IMG/VR virus record: IMGVR_UViG_3300012211_000009
Direction: 5' to 3' (one strand)
Length of the DNA: 28,184 bases
DNA from: a virus
The notes under the pieces were generated by a model that worked only from the letters and a program-made list of their open reading frames with translations, was not told the DNA's origin and made no database searches. A program made the position numbers and the translations under genes. Numbering within the stretch: the first letter of the stretch is position 1; each line of letters starts with the position of its first letter. Shown one piece after another: positions 1-7,114 of this stretch.

Positions 1-47
1 CTATAAGTAAACGTCATTCCTGGTCTTCCAGAATTTGCTCTATACAC
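1..47 (-). CDS. 5' end of a leftward gene running off the window (MYRANSGRPGMTFTY...), unknown product
   Basis: AGGAG RBS (minus strand, 55-59) 7 nt before a GTG at 47; frame open to the window edge. Only 15 codons visible. Confidence 0.4.
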   Translation of the reverse strand, partial: MYRANSGRPGMTFTY

Positions 48-60
48 TTTGATTCTCCTG

Positions 61-89
61 TTGACTAAATGGATATATACACATATAAT
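61..89 (+). promoter_or_regulatory. Sigma70-type promoter for the parA operon
   Basis: TTGACT (61-66), 17-nt spacer, TATAAT (84-89); 25 nt upstream of the ATG at 114. Confidence 0.8.
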
Positions 90-113
90 AATATTTTTAT
101 ATGTAGATATATT

Positions 114-752
114 ATGCCAAAGTTTATCTCAGTTTTAAATGATAAGGGTGGGGTTGGTAAGACTACCATCTCTACTAATCTTGCACATGGGTTGGTTTTA
201 AGGGGTTATAAGACGCTTTTAGCCGATTCCGATCCAAGACGTTCTGCTAGAGATTGGCATGCATTAAATAATGCCACCATCGTGGATTGTATTGGTGTAG
301 ATACAGATACATTAGCAGCTGATGTGACAGCTATTGGCCGCATGTATGATGTGGTTGTGATTGATGGGCCGGCTAATATATCGAAACTATCTGCTGCGGC
401 TATTAGGGTAAGTGATGCGATTTTAATACCGGTTCAGCCTAGTCCTTATGATGTCTTTGCTACGGCCGACATCGTAGAGCTTATAAGGGCTAGGCAGTCT
501 GTAGCAGAAGGAAAACCGCAAGCTTGTTTTATATTGAGCAGGGTGATTAAGAATACGCTGCTAAGTCGAGAGGTTCACGATCCTTTGAAGGAGTATGGGT
601 TTCCTGTCCTGCATGGTAAGACGAGCCAGAGCGTTTTATATCCCACTTCTGCCTCTAAGGGGGAGAGTATATTTAGTCATGGCGAAAATGCTGTTGCGCA
701 TGAGTTTAATACTCTGATTGAAGAGATTGTGACCAAATATATAAATAGGTAG
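114..752 (+). CDS. parA: ParA-family partition ATPase (short type Ib-like, no N-terminal HTH), 212 aa
   Basis: Deviant Walker A KGGVGKTT, DSDPRRS and VVIDGP (Walker B) motifs, ILIPVQPSPYD. The start at 114 (MPKFISVLN) is preferred because ATG 69 lies inside the promoter. Confidence 0.9.
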   Translation: MPKFISVLNDKGGVGKTTISTNLAHGLVLRGYKTLLADSDPRRSARDWHALNNATIVDCIGVDTDTLAADVTAIGRMYDVVVIDGPANISKLSAAAIRVSDAILIPVQPSPYDVFATADIVELIRARQSVAEGKPQACFILSRVIKNTLLSREVHDPLKEYGFPVLHGKTSQSVLYPTSASKGESIFSHGENAVAHEFNTLIEEIVTKYINR

Positions 753-756
753 ATAT

Positions 757-999
757 ATGGATATTAAAGATGTTCCTCAAGAGTTTATTGATGAAGTGAA
801 TAAGATGACAGCTGAGATTATTGATAAATATTTTGTAGGTAATAGCATCCAGATTGCCTCTTCTGTTGCCAGCAGTCTTTTGTTGAATAGCCTTTTTCAG
901 CTTTCTCTGGAGGATAGGGTTGTTTCTGCTCAAGATGTGGTGAACATCTTTACTAAAGCTTTAAGTGGCTGGAGAGAAGAGTTAGATGCTAAAGAGTAA
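757..999 (+). CDS. Hypothetical protein, 80 aa
   Basis: ORF directly after parA in the same operon; helical, natural-looking composition. Confidence 0.6.
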   Translation: MDIKDVPQEFIDEVNKMTAEIIDKYFVGNSIQIASSVASSLLLNSLFQLSLEDRVVSAQDVVNIFTKALSGWREELDAKE

Positions 1000-1010
1000 A
1001 AGAGATAACA

Positions 1011-1454
1011 ATGCAAAGTAGGAAGAAGTTTGTAAAAAGTAAAAAGCGTTTTTTATCCAGCGGTTCTGGGACTTTAAGTATTAGGTTCGATCCAAAATTA
1101 AGATATCAAGTTGAACTTGCTGCTAGGGTTGAATACCAAAACTTATCAAGCTTTATTGAAGATGCTATTAGAGAAAGACTCAAAAAAGTAAAAATTAATC
1201 CTTTTGATGAAAGTAATGATACGGTTTTTAATTGTATAGAGCAGCTATGGGATGTGGATATTCCTGATCGCATTATTAAGTTAGCAAATTTATTTCCTCA
1301 TCTATTAGATCATGAGGAGCAAAAGATTTGGAAATATATTAGAGAAAACTTTTTATATTCAACCGGGGATAAAATAAAGATTGACTTGATAAGAAAGGAC
1401 TGGAAGGAAATAATTAAAAGAACGGTCGGAGCAGAGACAGGGGGGGAAAGATAA
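1011..1454 (+). CDS. Probable DNA-binding protein with an N-terminal ribbon-helix-helix domain, 147 aa
   Basis: TLSIRFDPKLRYQVELAARVEYQNLSSFIEDAIRERL fits the RHH strand-helix-turn-helix pattern. Confidence 0.6.
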   Translation: MQSRKKFVKSKKRFLSSGSGTLSIRFDPKLRYQVELAARVEYQNLSSFIEDAIRERLKKVKINPFDESNDTVFNCIEQLWDVDIPDRIIKLANLFPHLLDHEEQKIWKYIRENFLYSTGDKIKIDLIRKDWKEIIKRTVGAETGGER

Positions 1455-1639
1455 TGCTAAAGACTAAGAAGGGCAATATAGCAGCCTCTGCAAAGAAAGA
1501 AGTATTAAAAGAAAATGAATTTAAAGGGTTCTATGTAAAGCTTCCTGCTGAGAGTTATTGGAGGCTGCAAAAGCATTTGAACGATCTTAGGATTAGCAAG
1601 CTTGATTGGTTGATGGCGGTTGTGAGGGAAATAGAATGA
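1454..1639 (+). CDS. Small RHH protein with flexible basic N-terminal tail (ParG/Omega-like partition adaptor candidate), 61 aa
   Basis: Basic N-tail followed by FYVKLPAESYWRLQKHLNDLRISKLDWLMAVVREI; TAATG coupling to the previous gene; in the parA operon. Confidence 0.55.
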   Translation: MLKTKKGNIAASAKKEVLKENEFKGFYVKLPAESYWRLQKHLNDLRISKLDWLMAVVREIE

Positions 1640-1884
1640 AAATAGACTTTACTCCAACAATAAAAGATGCTTTAGAGCAAGCTTTGAATAAGATAAGTAA
1701 ACAGAATAAGACAGTAAATTATTATCCGATTGCACATTGGCCCCATCCTTGGCCGCCTGCAGGAGGGTTTCGCCATTTAATTTTCAATGCAAAAAAGAAT
1801 GGGTTTGATAAGGTAATAAAGAGAGTTGGTCGAAGAATCCTTATTGATGAAGCAGCATTTTTTGAATGGGTAAAAAACAGGTAA
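1636..1884 (+). CDS. Excisionase/AlpA-like winged-HTH DNA-binding protein, 82 aa
   Basis: C-terminal WPPAGGFRHLIFNAKKNGFDKVIKRVGRRILIDEAAFFEWV resembles the Xis/MerR-like wing motif (R-x-G-R-R-hydrophobic-D); ATGA overlap supports the start at 1636. Confidence 0.65.
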   Translation: MKIDFTPTIKDALEQALNKISKQNKTVNYYPIAHWPHPWPPAGGFRHLIFNAKKNGFDKVIKRVGRRILIDEAAFFEWVKNR

Positions 1885-1887
1885 CAA

Positions 1888-2340
1888 CTAGTCCTTCCAT
1901 GCCTCACACATATATCCATAATCAGCTTTCCCTATAGCCATCATCATTCTATTATGATATTTATCAAAGATTATTCCCATTCTATCGTGAAAATATGAAA
2001 GCTGATCATCATTACCAATTCCAAACTGATTCAGTATCTCTTGAATGATGTCTCCACGCTTTTTAAATACATCTCGCATAACTGACATTAGCTCTTTTTT
2101 TACGTTATCTGTTTTAAGAAGCCCTTCAAATGCTCTGTCTTTCATATATCTTAAGACTTGCGGCTGAAGATGTTCTGCATATTTAGAAAGCTCTTCAACA
2201 ACAAATCTTTCATCTAGCTTGATTGTGTTCTGAATCTCAGATAAGGACTTTAATATAAACCCTGATATCGTTCTGTGGACAACCTCCGAGTAAGTCCTAT
2301 CCAACATGAAGTCAACAACTTTCTTTTCCGTCTTGTCCAT
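1888..2340 (-). CDS. Hypothetical helical protein, 150 aa (MDKTEKK...)
   Basis: GGAG RBS and TGATG overlap with the upstream gene favour ATG 2340 over the track start at 2382. Confidence 0.65.
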   Translation of the reverse strand: MDKTEKKVVDFMLDRTYSEVVHRTISGFILKSLSEIQNTIKLDERFVVEELSKYAEHLQPQVLRYMKDRAFEGLLKTDNVKKELMSVMRDVFKKRGDIIQEILNQFGIGNDDQLSYFHDRMGIIFDKYHNRMMMAIGKADYGYMCEAWKD

Positions 2341-2525
2341 CAACTGTTCTCCATATGAAACACCCTGTGTATCATCAGCCACGCAACAAAAATTATATTA
2401 ATAGACAAAATAATAGAAAACCATTCTGGGAAAATTTGCACAGATAATCTAATAAGAAAAAGTGATATATCTATAATTACAAGAATAAGAAGAGGCTTTT
2501 TAATGCCTGTAAATATCTTCATCAT
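2340..2525 (-). CDS. Small membrane protein with two hydrophobic segments, 61 aa
   Basis: LLILVIIDISLFLIRL and WFSIILSINIIFVAWLMI; ATGA overlap with the upstream gene. Confidence 0.6.
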   Translation of the reverse strand: MMKIFTGIKKPLLILVIIDISLFLIRLSVQIFPEWFSIILSINIIFVAWLMIHRVFHMENS

Positions 2526-2764
2526 TTTATTGCCTCATATTTCCTGTCAGACTCTTGTCGTTTATAACCATCCATAGCCTTGTCCCAAAGCTCCTCTTCA
2601 TCACAGAAAAAAATCGCTTGAGATCCACAATCTATTGCGTGCTCTTCCAAGAATTCTTTATTCTTATAATTATTCCATATTTCCCCATGATGCTCCATCT
2701 TCTCATAAAGAGGATATGCAGCAATCTTTTTACACCACTTACAACATAAATAAAACTTAGTCAT
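2522..2764 (-). CDS. Hypothetical Cys-containing protein, 80 aa
   Basis: CCKWC ... H-x-x-x-C pattern suggests possible Zn binding; ATGA overlaps at both ends. Confidence 0.6.
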   Translation of the reverse strand: MTKFYLCCKWCKKIAAYPLYEKMEHHGEIWNNYKNKEFLEEHAIDCGSQAIFFCDEEELWDKAMDGYKRQESDRKYEAIK

Positions 2765-3039
2765 ATATCTCTATTGTCTAAATTATCTAATATGTGCTCA
2801 ATAGTATCCAGCTTGTCATGGATAAGTTTAAGGCTACTTTCTAAAACCTTTAATCTTTTTTCTATATCCATAGATTCCAAAGCCCTTAATCTTCCTTCTG
2901 CCCACAGCTCAGATATAACAGGATTATGGCTTGTATATTCTATAAAATCTAATTTATCCGATTTAACCATACCCTCTAAGCTTTCAAGCTTATCAAATAT
3001 CTTTTCAAAGTTAGCTATCGTCTGATAATCATCACTCAT
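2761..3039 (-). CDS. Hypothetical coiled-coil protein, 92 aa
   Basis: Heptad-like L/I repeats (LRALESMDIEKRLKVLESSLKLIHDKLDTIEHIL); ATGA overlaps at both ends. Confidence 0.6.
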   Translation of the reverse strand: MSDDYQTIANFEKIFDKLESLEGMVKSDKLDFIEYTSHNPVISELWAEGRLRALESMDIEKRLKVLESSLKLIHDKLDTIEHILDNLDNRDI

Positions 3040-3179
3040 TTTGATATCTCCTCTAATGCTAATCTCCTCATAAGAGCGCTTACACTAATGTCTTTACTAA
3101 AAGCATGTTTCTTAAGCCTCTCATATTCTCTCTTTGTCATCAAACATGTAACGGGCCTGTTTCTAACATCTTTATTCAT
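3036..3179 (-). CDS. CopG/Arc-like ribbon-helix-helix repressor, 47 aa (not in the ORF track)
   Basis: MNKDVRNRPVTCLMTKREYERLKKHAFSKDISVSALMRRLALEEISK; AGGA RBS; its stop overlaps the next ATG (ATGA at 3036-3039); first gene of the leftward operon. Confidence 0.75.
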   Translation of the reverse strand: MNKDVRNRPVTCLMTKREYERLKKHAFSKDISVSALMRRLALEEISK

Positions 3180-3190
3180 TTATTATGTCC

Positions 3191-3241
3191 TTGACAAATC
3201 TATTAGGTTTTAATATTATATTAACTTATATTATAAGTCAA
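3191..3241. promoter_or_regulatory. Overlapping divergent sigma70-type promoters sharing their -10 region
   Basis: Plus strand: TTGACA (3191-3196)-N17-TATTAT (3214-3219). Minus strand: TTGACT (3241-3236)-N17-TAATAT (3218-3213). Confidence 0.7.
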
Positions 3242-3250
3242 TGGTGGTGT

Positions 3251-3844
3251 ATGAATAAGTCAGATGATATTTCTCAGCTTGCTTTAGCTCTGTCAAAGCT
3301 ACAGGGTGAAATTAAAGATGCTTACAAAGATAGAAAAGGTTATGGCTATCAATATGCTGATTTATCTAGCGTATTGGATATAATAAGGCCACTATCTAGC
3401 AAGTATAGATTGTCGATCACTCAACTTCCTGGCGCAGTTGGAGAAAAGGTTTCGCTTGAGACAGTGTTAATGCATGAGTCTGGGCAGTGGATTAGTTCTA
3501 TAATTGAAATGCCAGTACAGGTTGGCAAGGGAATGAGTATGGCTCAAGCCACGGGCGCCGTATTAACCTATGCCAGGAGATATGCTCTAGCCGCTATTTT
3601 TGGAATAGCCCAGACGGATAATGATGCTGCCATATCTGAACCTTCTGTTTCGATTGTGAAGTCCAATCTTTTCCAATCTTTTACATCTCTTATAAAAGAG
3701 ATGAACGTTCCTGATGATGTGGTTTGCAAATGGCTGGATAAAGCTGGCGTATCTTCTGCAGAAGAACTGCCAGAGAATGTTTTAGAAAAGCTTATATCTA
3801 TCATGAATACTAAAAAATCATTAGAGGGTAAAGATAATGTTTGA
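3251..3844 (+). CDS. erf: ERF-family single-strand annealing protein (recombinase), 197 aa
   Basis: YQYADLSSVLDIIRP, ITQLP, LETVLMHESGQWISS and GAVLTYARRYALAAIFGIAQTDNDA are characteristic ERF motifs; start MNKSDDI at 3251, downstream of the promoter. Confidence 0.85.
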   Translation: MNKSDDISQLALALSKLQGEIKDAYKDRKGYGYQYADLSSVLDIIRPLSSKYRLSITQLPGAVGEKVSLETVLMHESGQWISSIIEMPVQVGKGMSMAQATGAVLTYARRYALAAIFGIAQTDNDAAISEPSVSIVKSNLFQSFTSLIKEMNVPDDVVCKWLDKAGVSSAEELPENVLEKLISIMNTKKSLEGKDNV

Positions 3845-4283
3845 TTTTGATACCACATCCGAAGAACCGAACAAAAAGGCGCCCTTAAGAGAAGGGGTTG
3901 CATCCTTTAAAGTTTTATCTGCAGATGACAAAGACAAGTCTGGCCATACTTTGGTTTCTAGAGCAGGTAATCAGATGATGAAAGTATTGTTCTCTGTTAC
4001 CGACTCTCTTGATAATAATGGATTGGTATCTGACTATTTCCTGGCTCATCAGGGATGGAAAGTGGCCAAGCTTTTGTCTGCTGTTGGAAGAGGCGACTGG
4101 TTTAAGTCAGGAAGGTTAATTCCGTCTAATTTGAAGGGATTGACTGGGCAATGTATTCTTAAGAAAGAAACGGCTCCTGAATATCCGGATACTATTAAGA
4201 TAGCTTCTTACATTGAGATGGAGCAGGCTGTACAAGAATCTAGTCCGGAGCCATTTTTTGGTGATGATGATATTCCTTTTTAG
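3837..4283 (+). CDS. Phage single-stranded DNA-binding-like protein (DUF669-like), 148 aa
   Basis: Follows ERF; SRAGNQMMKVLFSV core and acidic C-terminal tail ending DDDIPF, the SSB-type interaction tip. Confidence 0.7.
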   Translation: MFDFDTTSEEPNKKAPLREGVASFKVLSADDKDKSGHTLVSRAGNQMMKVLFSVTDSLDNNGLVSDYFLAHQGWKVAKLLSAVGRGDWFKSGRLIPSNLKGLTGQCILKKETAPEYPDTIKIASYIEMEQAVQESSPEPFFGDDDIPF

Positions 4284-4291
4284 GAGAAATT

Positions 4292-4468
4292 ATGATTGAG
4301 TCGCAACAGGAATTGGTTGATTGGTTGGATGATATCGCCAAGGAGCTTGAGAAAAAGCAAGAATGGAACGTTGCTAAGAGGGTTGAGGTTATCAAAAATC
4401 TTTTTGAGTTTGAGGATAATTTAGAGTTTGAAATGGAGGTCAAAGATGCTAAAGTGCAGCGAGAATGA
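4292..4468 (+). CDS. Small acidic hypothetical protein, 58 aa (not in the ORF track)
   Basis: AGGAG RBS before ATG 4292; MIESQQELVDWLDDIAKELEKKQEW...KVQRE. Confidence 0.65.
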   Translation: MIESQQELVDWLDDIAKELEKKQEWNVAKRVEVIKNLFEFEDNLEFEMEVKDAKVQRE

Positions 4469-4625
4469 TTATCATAAGATAACGCCCATTTATTGGGATA
4501 AGAGCGAAAGAAAGGATGTTGCTAAAAATTTCTTATGCCAGTATTGTTTTAGGATCTTCTCATTAGAGGAAATATCTGACAGGCATTCTAGGATGTGTCA
4601 ACTTGAAAAGGAAATGGCAGATTAG
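4446..4625 (+). CDS. Small Zn-finger-like hypothetical protein, 59 aa
   Basis: GGAGG RBS before ATG 4446 (MLKCSEND); CQYC ... H-x-x-x-C; converges on the terminase stop. Confidence 0.55.
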   Translation: MLKCSENDYHKITPIYWDKSERKDVAKNFLCQYCFRIFSLEEISDRHSRMCQLEKEMAD

Positions 4626-5947
4626 AACCCTGATTGATATTTTACTGGTTGTGAGATGTCAGGGCGGGTGAATTCTTGTCTCCACACAACCGCTAAATAT
4701 CTTAGACAATCTGAAGCATGTGAGCACCAATTATGAAGGGGTTTAGATTTGAATACTTTGTTTTCCTCATCGTACTCTCTGCGATATTCTCGGAGGGCAT
4801 CTATTAATGGCTGACAATAAGAACCGTGTATCCGAATTGATGGAAACAATGCTCGGACTGCTTGAATGCCATTGTCGATACCAACGTCGGGCACTCGAAG
4901 GAAGTGAATCCCTACTTCGTGTGCTAAGGACAACGATGAACGAGCTGAAGAGCCCCACTCCCGCTTTGATATATCGTGAGGAGCAAAGTGATGTTTGTAA
5001 CGAAACCCAAACCTTTGAGCCACCTCATCTAATTGGTGTTTAAAATAATCAACCCCTTTATCGGTTTTCTCAATAAAATAAACGATGTTTATATAATCCC
5101 CTTCCTGTTGAAAGAATATTATACATGTAGGATCGCTTACTCCAAGGTCCCAACTGGTAAATACGGGCAAGCGATTGTTTATTTCAAATGGATTCAGGCG
5201 ACCTTCATATTCCGCCTGCTCTATCTCTGCTGTAAAATAAGCCCCCTGTACTCCCACATTGAAATCCAAATACCATTCTTGCCTTATTATTTCCTCAGAC
5301 ATGCCCTTTTTTCGCTCTATATCTATCTGAGCCTCTGTTATTACAGGTGTTCCATCAAGTTTTTTAGTATCCTTTATGGTATGCTTACGAACAAACCAAG
5401 AAGGATCGTTTAATGCATTTAGATAAAGATGATACGCATGATTCTTGCCGCGAGGCGTGGATTGCGCGATTAGAAAGCCTCCATTCTCTACCAGGATTGG
5501 GGATAGATATTGAAACGCTAAGGGACTGTGCAGCGCGAACTCTGACATCACTATCCCTATTGGATTCGTTCCCATTAACGCATTGTAATTATTGCTGCCG
5601 CCCAATTGAATTATCGAACCATTCATCAGCTGAATAGACATCTCAGTATTATTAACTTTATAAATTATTTCTTTTGGGATCATCTCTATAAAAGGGGTGC
5701 CATCTCCTATTATCCCCCGCCATATAACCTTACGAGCCTGCGTATGTAGAGGTAGAAGATATAGATAAGTGCCCACACGCTCACAGGCTGCCCCCCATAA
5801 AACATTCCAACATAACAAGTCTTTTCCAGCTCTTCTGTGACAAAAGAAAAGAAAGTTCTTAATCTTCTTTTCAAAGAATGCATGAAGAAACTCGGTCTGA
5901 TAATGCCGAGGTGAAAAAGTAGGATATTTTAATATCTGTATATTTAT
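4622..5947 (-). CDS. terL: Terminase large subunit, about 441 aa (inferred non-canonical ATA start at 5947)
   Basis: The frame is open upstream of the track's TTG (5818) and encodes FSPRHYQ (adenine-binding/Q motif) and CHRRAGKD (Walker A). Downstream: IVMSEFA (Walker B variant), QSTPRGKN, nuclease motifs SWDLGVSD and HASDCLRY. Identity is confident; the start codon is uncertain. Confidence 0.9.
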   Translation of the reverse strand: MNIQILKYPTFSPRHYQTEFLHAFFEKKIKNFLFFCHRRAGKDLLCWNVLWGAACERVGTYLYLLPLHTQARKVIWRGIIGDGTPFIEMIPKEIIYKVNNTEMSIQLMNGSIIQLGGSNNYNALMGTNPIGIVMSEFALHSPLAFQYLSPILVENGGFLIAQSTPRGKNHAYHLYLNALNDPSWFVRKHTIKDTKKLDGTPVITEAQIDIERKKGMSEEIIRQEWYLDFNVGVQGAYFTAEIEQAEYEGRLNPFEINNRLPVFTSWDLGVSDPTCIIFFQQEGDYINIVYFIEKTDKGVDYFKHQLDEVAQRFGFRYKHHFAPHDISKREWGSSARSSLSLAHEVGIHFLRVPDVGIDNGIQAVRALFPSIRIHGSYCQPLIDALREYRREYDEENKVFKSKPLHNWCSHASDCLRYLAVVWRQEFTRPDISQPVKYQSGF

Positions 5948-6180
5948 ATATCCTTTTTCTGGGCGTCACCCTCTTCAGCCTCTATCTCATCGATAATTTT
6001 ATCCACTGAACCGGACGGTAAGTGAAGTTCTTGCTCAATAACCGATTCAGCTATATTCTCGATGACATTGTTTTTGCCATAAGCAACGATAGAGATAACA
6101 CCCACTATAATAGCTACTATGATTATAGCGATGGTATATACCCACTTGTATGCCATTAAGGCCAGAAAGATTCTTTTCAT
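5944..6180 (-). CDS. Holin-like single-pass membrane protein, 78 aa
   Basis: One long hydrophobic helix (YTIAIIIVAIIVGVISIVAY) and a charged C-terminus, located just downstream of the endolysin. Confidence 0.5.
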   Translation of the reverse strand: MKRIFLALMAYKWVYTIAIIIVAIIVGVISIVAYGKNNVIENIAESVIEQELHLPSGSVDKIIDEIEAEEGDAQKKDI

Positions 6181-6281
6181 TTTTTCTTATTTTTTTCTTT
6201 CATTTCAGCTTTCTTTTTTAACATTTCCTTTCCTTCATCGATTTCTTTCTTATACTTTTCTTTTTTGCTTGGTGCTTTCAT
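6177..6281 (-). CDS. Tiny lysine-rich protein, 34 aa (not in the ORF track)
   Basis: MKAPSKKEKYKKEIDEGKEMLKKKAEMKEKNKKK (15 Lys); AAGGAG RBS 7 nt upstream; its TGA overlaps the next ATG (ATGA at 6177-6180). Confidence 0.65.
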   Translation of the reverse strand: MKAPSKKEKYKKEIDEGKEMLKKKAEMKEKNKKK

Positions 6282-6759
6282 CTTTTGTCTCCTTGTTTAA
6301 AAACCTAAAATAATTCCTAATGAAATCTTCCTTTACGGCTCTACCTTTTTCAGTATTCCAAAACTTCTTGTAATACTCCCATAAGGCATCAATATCAGAC
6401 GTTGATGGCAACGCAGCTGTTGCTCTCAAATAAAATATTCTAGCCATTGCTGTTGAATAGAATAAATTAAATACTAGCATGCTTGATAGTGGTTTTGTGC
6501 TCATCTGACAGGTTGTCATCAATCGATGGGTAACTTCTGAATGATTGGGCATAAACTTGGTCCAGATATCATCATGGGTAACGGGCTCCATTTGATAAAT
6601 ACCTAAAGCGGGTCCATGATCTTCTTTTAAATAAGTTCCGCCTAAACTCTCATGAGCTGCGGTTGCTATTAGAAGCTCTTCTGCAACGGGCGAATCTAGT
6701 TTAAGACCCACAAGAACCGGTCTTATTATACATTCCCTTAATTGCTGATGGTCTATCAT
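6250..6759 (-). CDS. Endolysin, lysozyme/lytic-transglycosylase-like fold, 169 aa
   Basis: LLIATAAHES (catalytic Glu) ... GPALGIYQMEP ... YYKKFWNT motifs; GAGG RBS before ATG 6759 (MIDHQQL). The track's 71-aa N-terminal extension overlaps VRR-NUC. Confidence 0.7.
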   Translation of the reverse strand: MIDHQQLRECIIRPVLVGLKLDSPVAEELLIATAAHESLGGTYLKEDHGPALGIYQMEPVTHDDIWTKFMPNHSEVTHRLMTTCQMSTKPLSSMLVFNLFYSTAMARIFYLRATAALPSTSDIDALWEYYKKFWNTEKGRAVKEDFIRNYFRFLNKETKDESTKQKRKV

Positions 6760-7114
6760 ACTTCGTGCCTCTAATATATTCCGATAAAATAATCCGTGCT
6801 TCAAACCAATCATACACCACTTCAACTCTGTATCCAGCATCTTTGAGTTTGTCATGCATATTTTTTTGGATTTGTGTAACCACGCCACCCTTAGATTTAA
6901 ACTCAATAAAGAGACCGTGGCATCCATTAGATGGAATAGCAACCTGAATATCAGGAACCCCGCTCTTAACACCCATTCGCTTAAAGGCTATAGCTTCCCG
7001 AATATTACGCTTTCCGCCATTAGGCGTATGCCAAACCAGACTCGATATGTTCGGGTTTAGATTTACCCAGTTCATAAAAGCCTCTTGATGTGAGGCTTCT
7101 AATCTTTTTGCCAT
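6701..7114 (-). CDS. VRR-NUC domain nuclease (PD-(D/E)xK), 137 aa
   Basis: EASHQ ... HTPNGGKR ... MGVKSGVPDI ... GLFIEFK ... Q ... L ... GY.V.V pattern. Confidence 0.9.
   Translation of the reverse strand: MAKRLEASHQEAFMNWVNLNPNISSLVWHTPNGGKRNIREAIAFKRMGVKSGVPDIQVAIPSNGCHGLFIEFKSKGGVVTQIQKNMHDKLKDAGYRVEVVYDWFEARIILSEYIRGTKYDRPSAIKGMYNKTGSCGS

Noticed and set aside
69-113. Longer N-termini called by the ORF track (69, 1606, 2382, 3185, 4428, 6972, 7841, 22146)
   Set aside because: They overlap promoters or neighbouring genes; downstream ATGs have an RBS, stop/start coupling or a family-typical N-terminus.
6701-7114. VRR-NUC nuclease as the homing endonuclease for the intron
   Set aside because: VRR-NUC proteins are common phage junction/flap nucleases, not a recognised homing family, and the gene is 17 kb from the intron. 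No HNH, GIY-YIG or LAGLIDADG ORF was seen.
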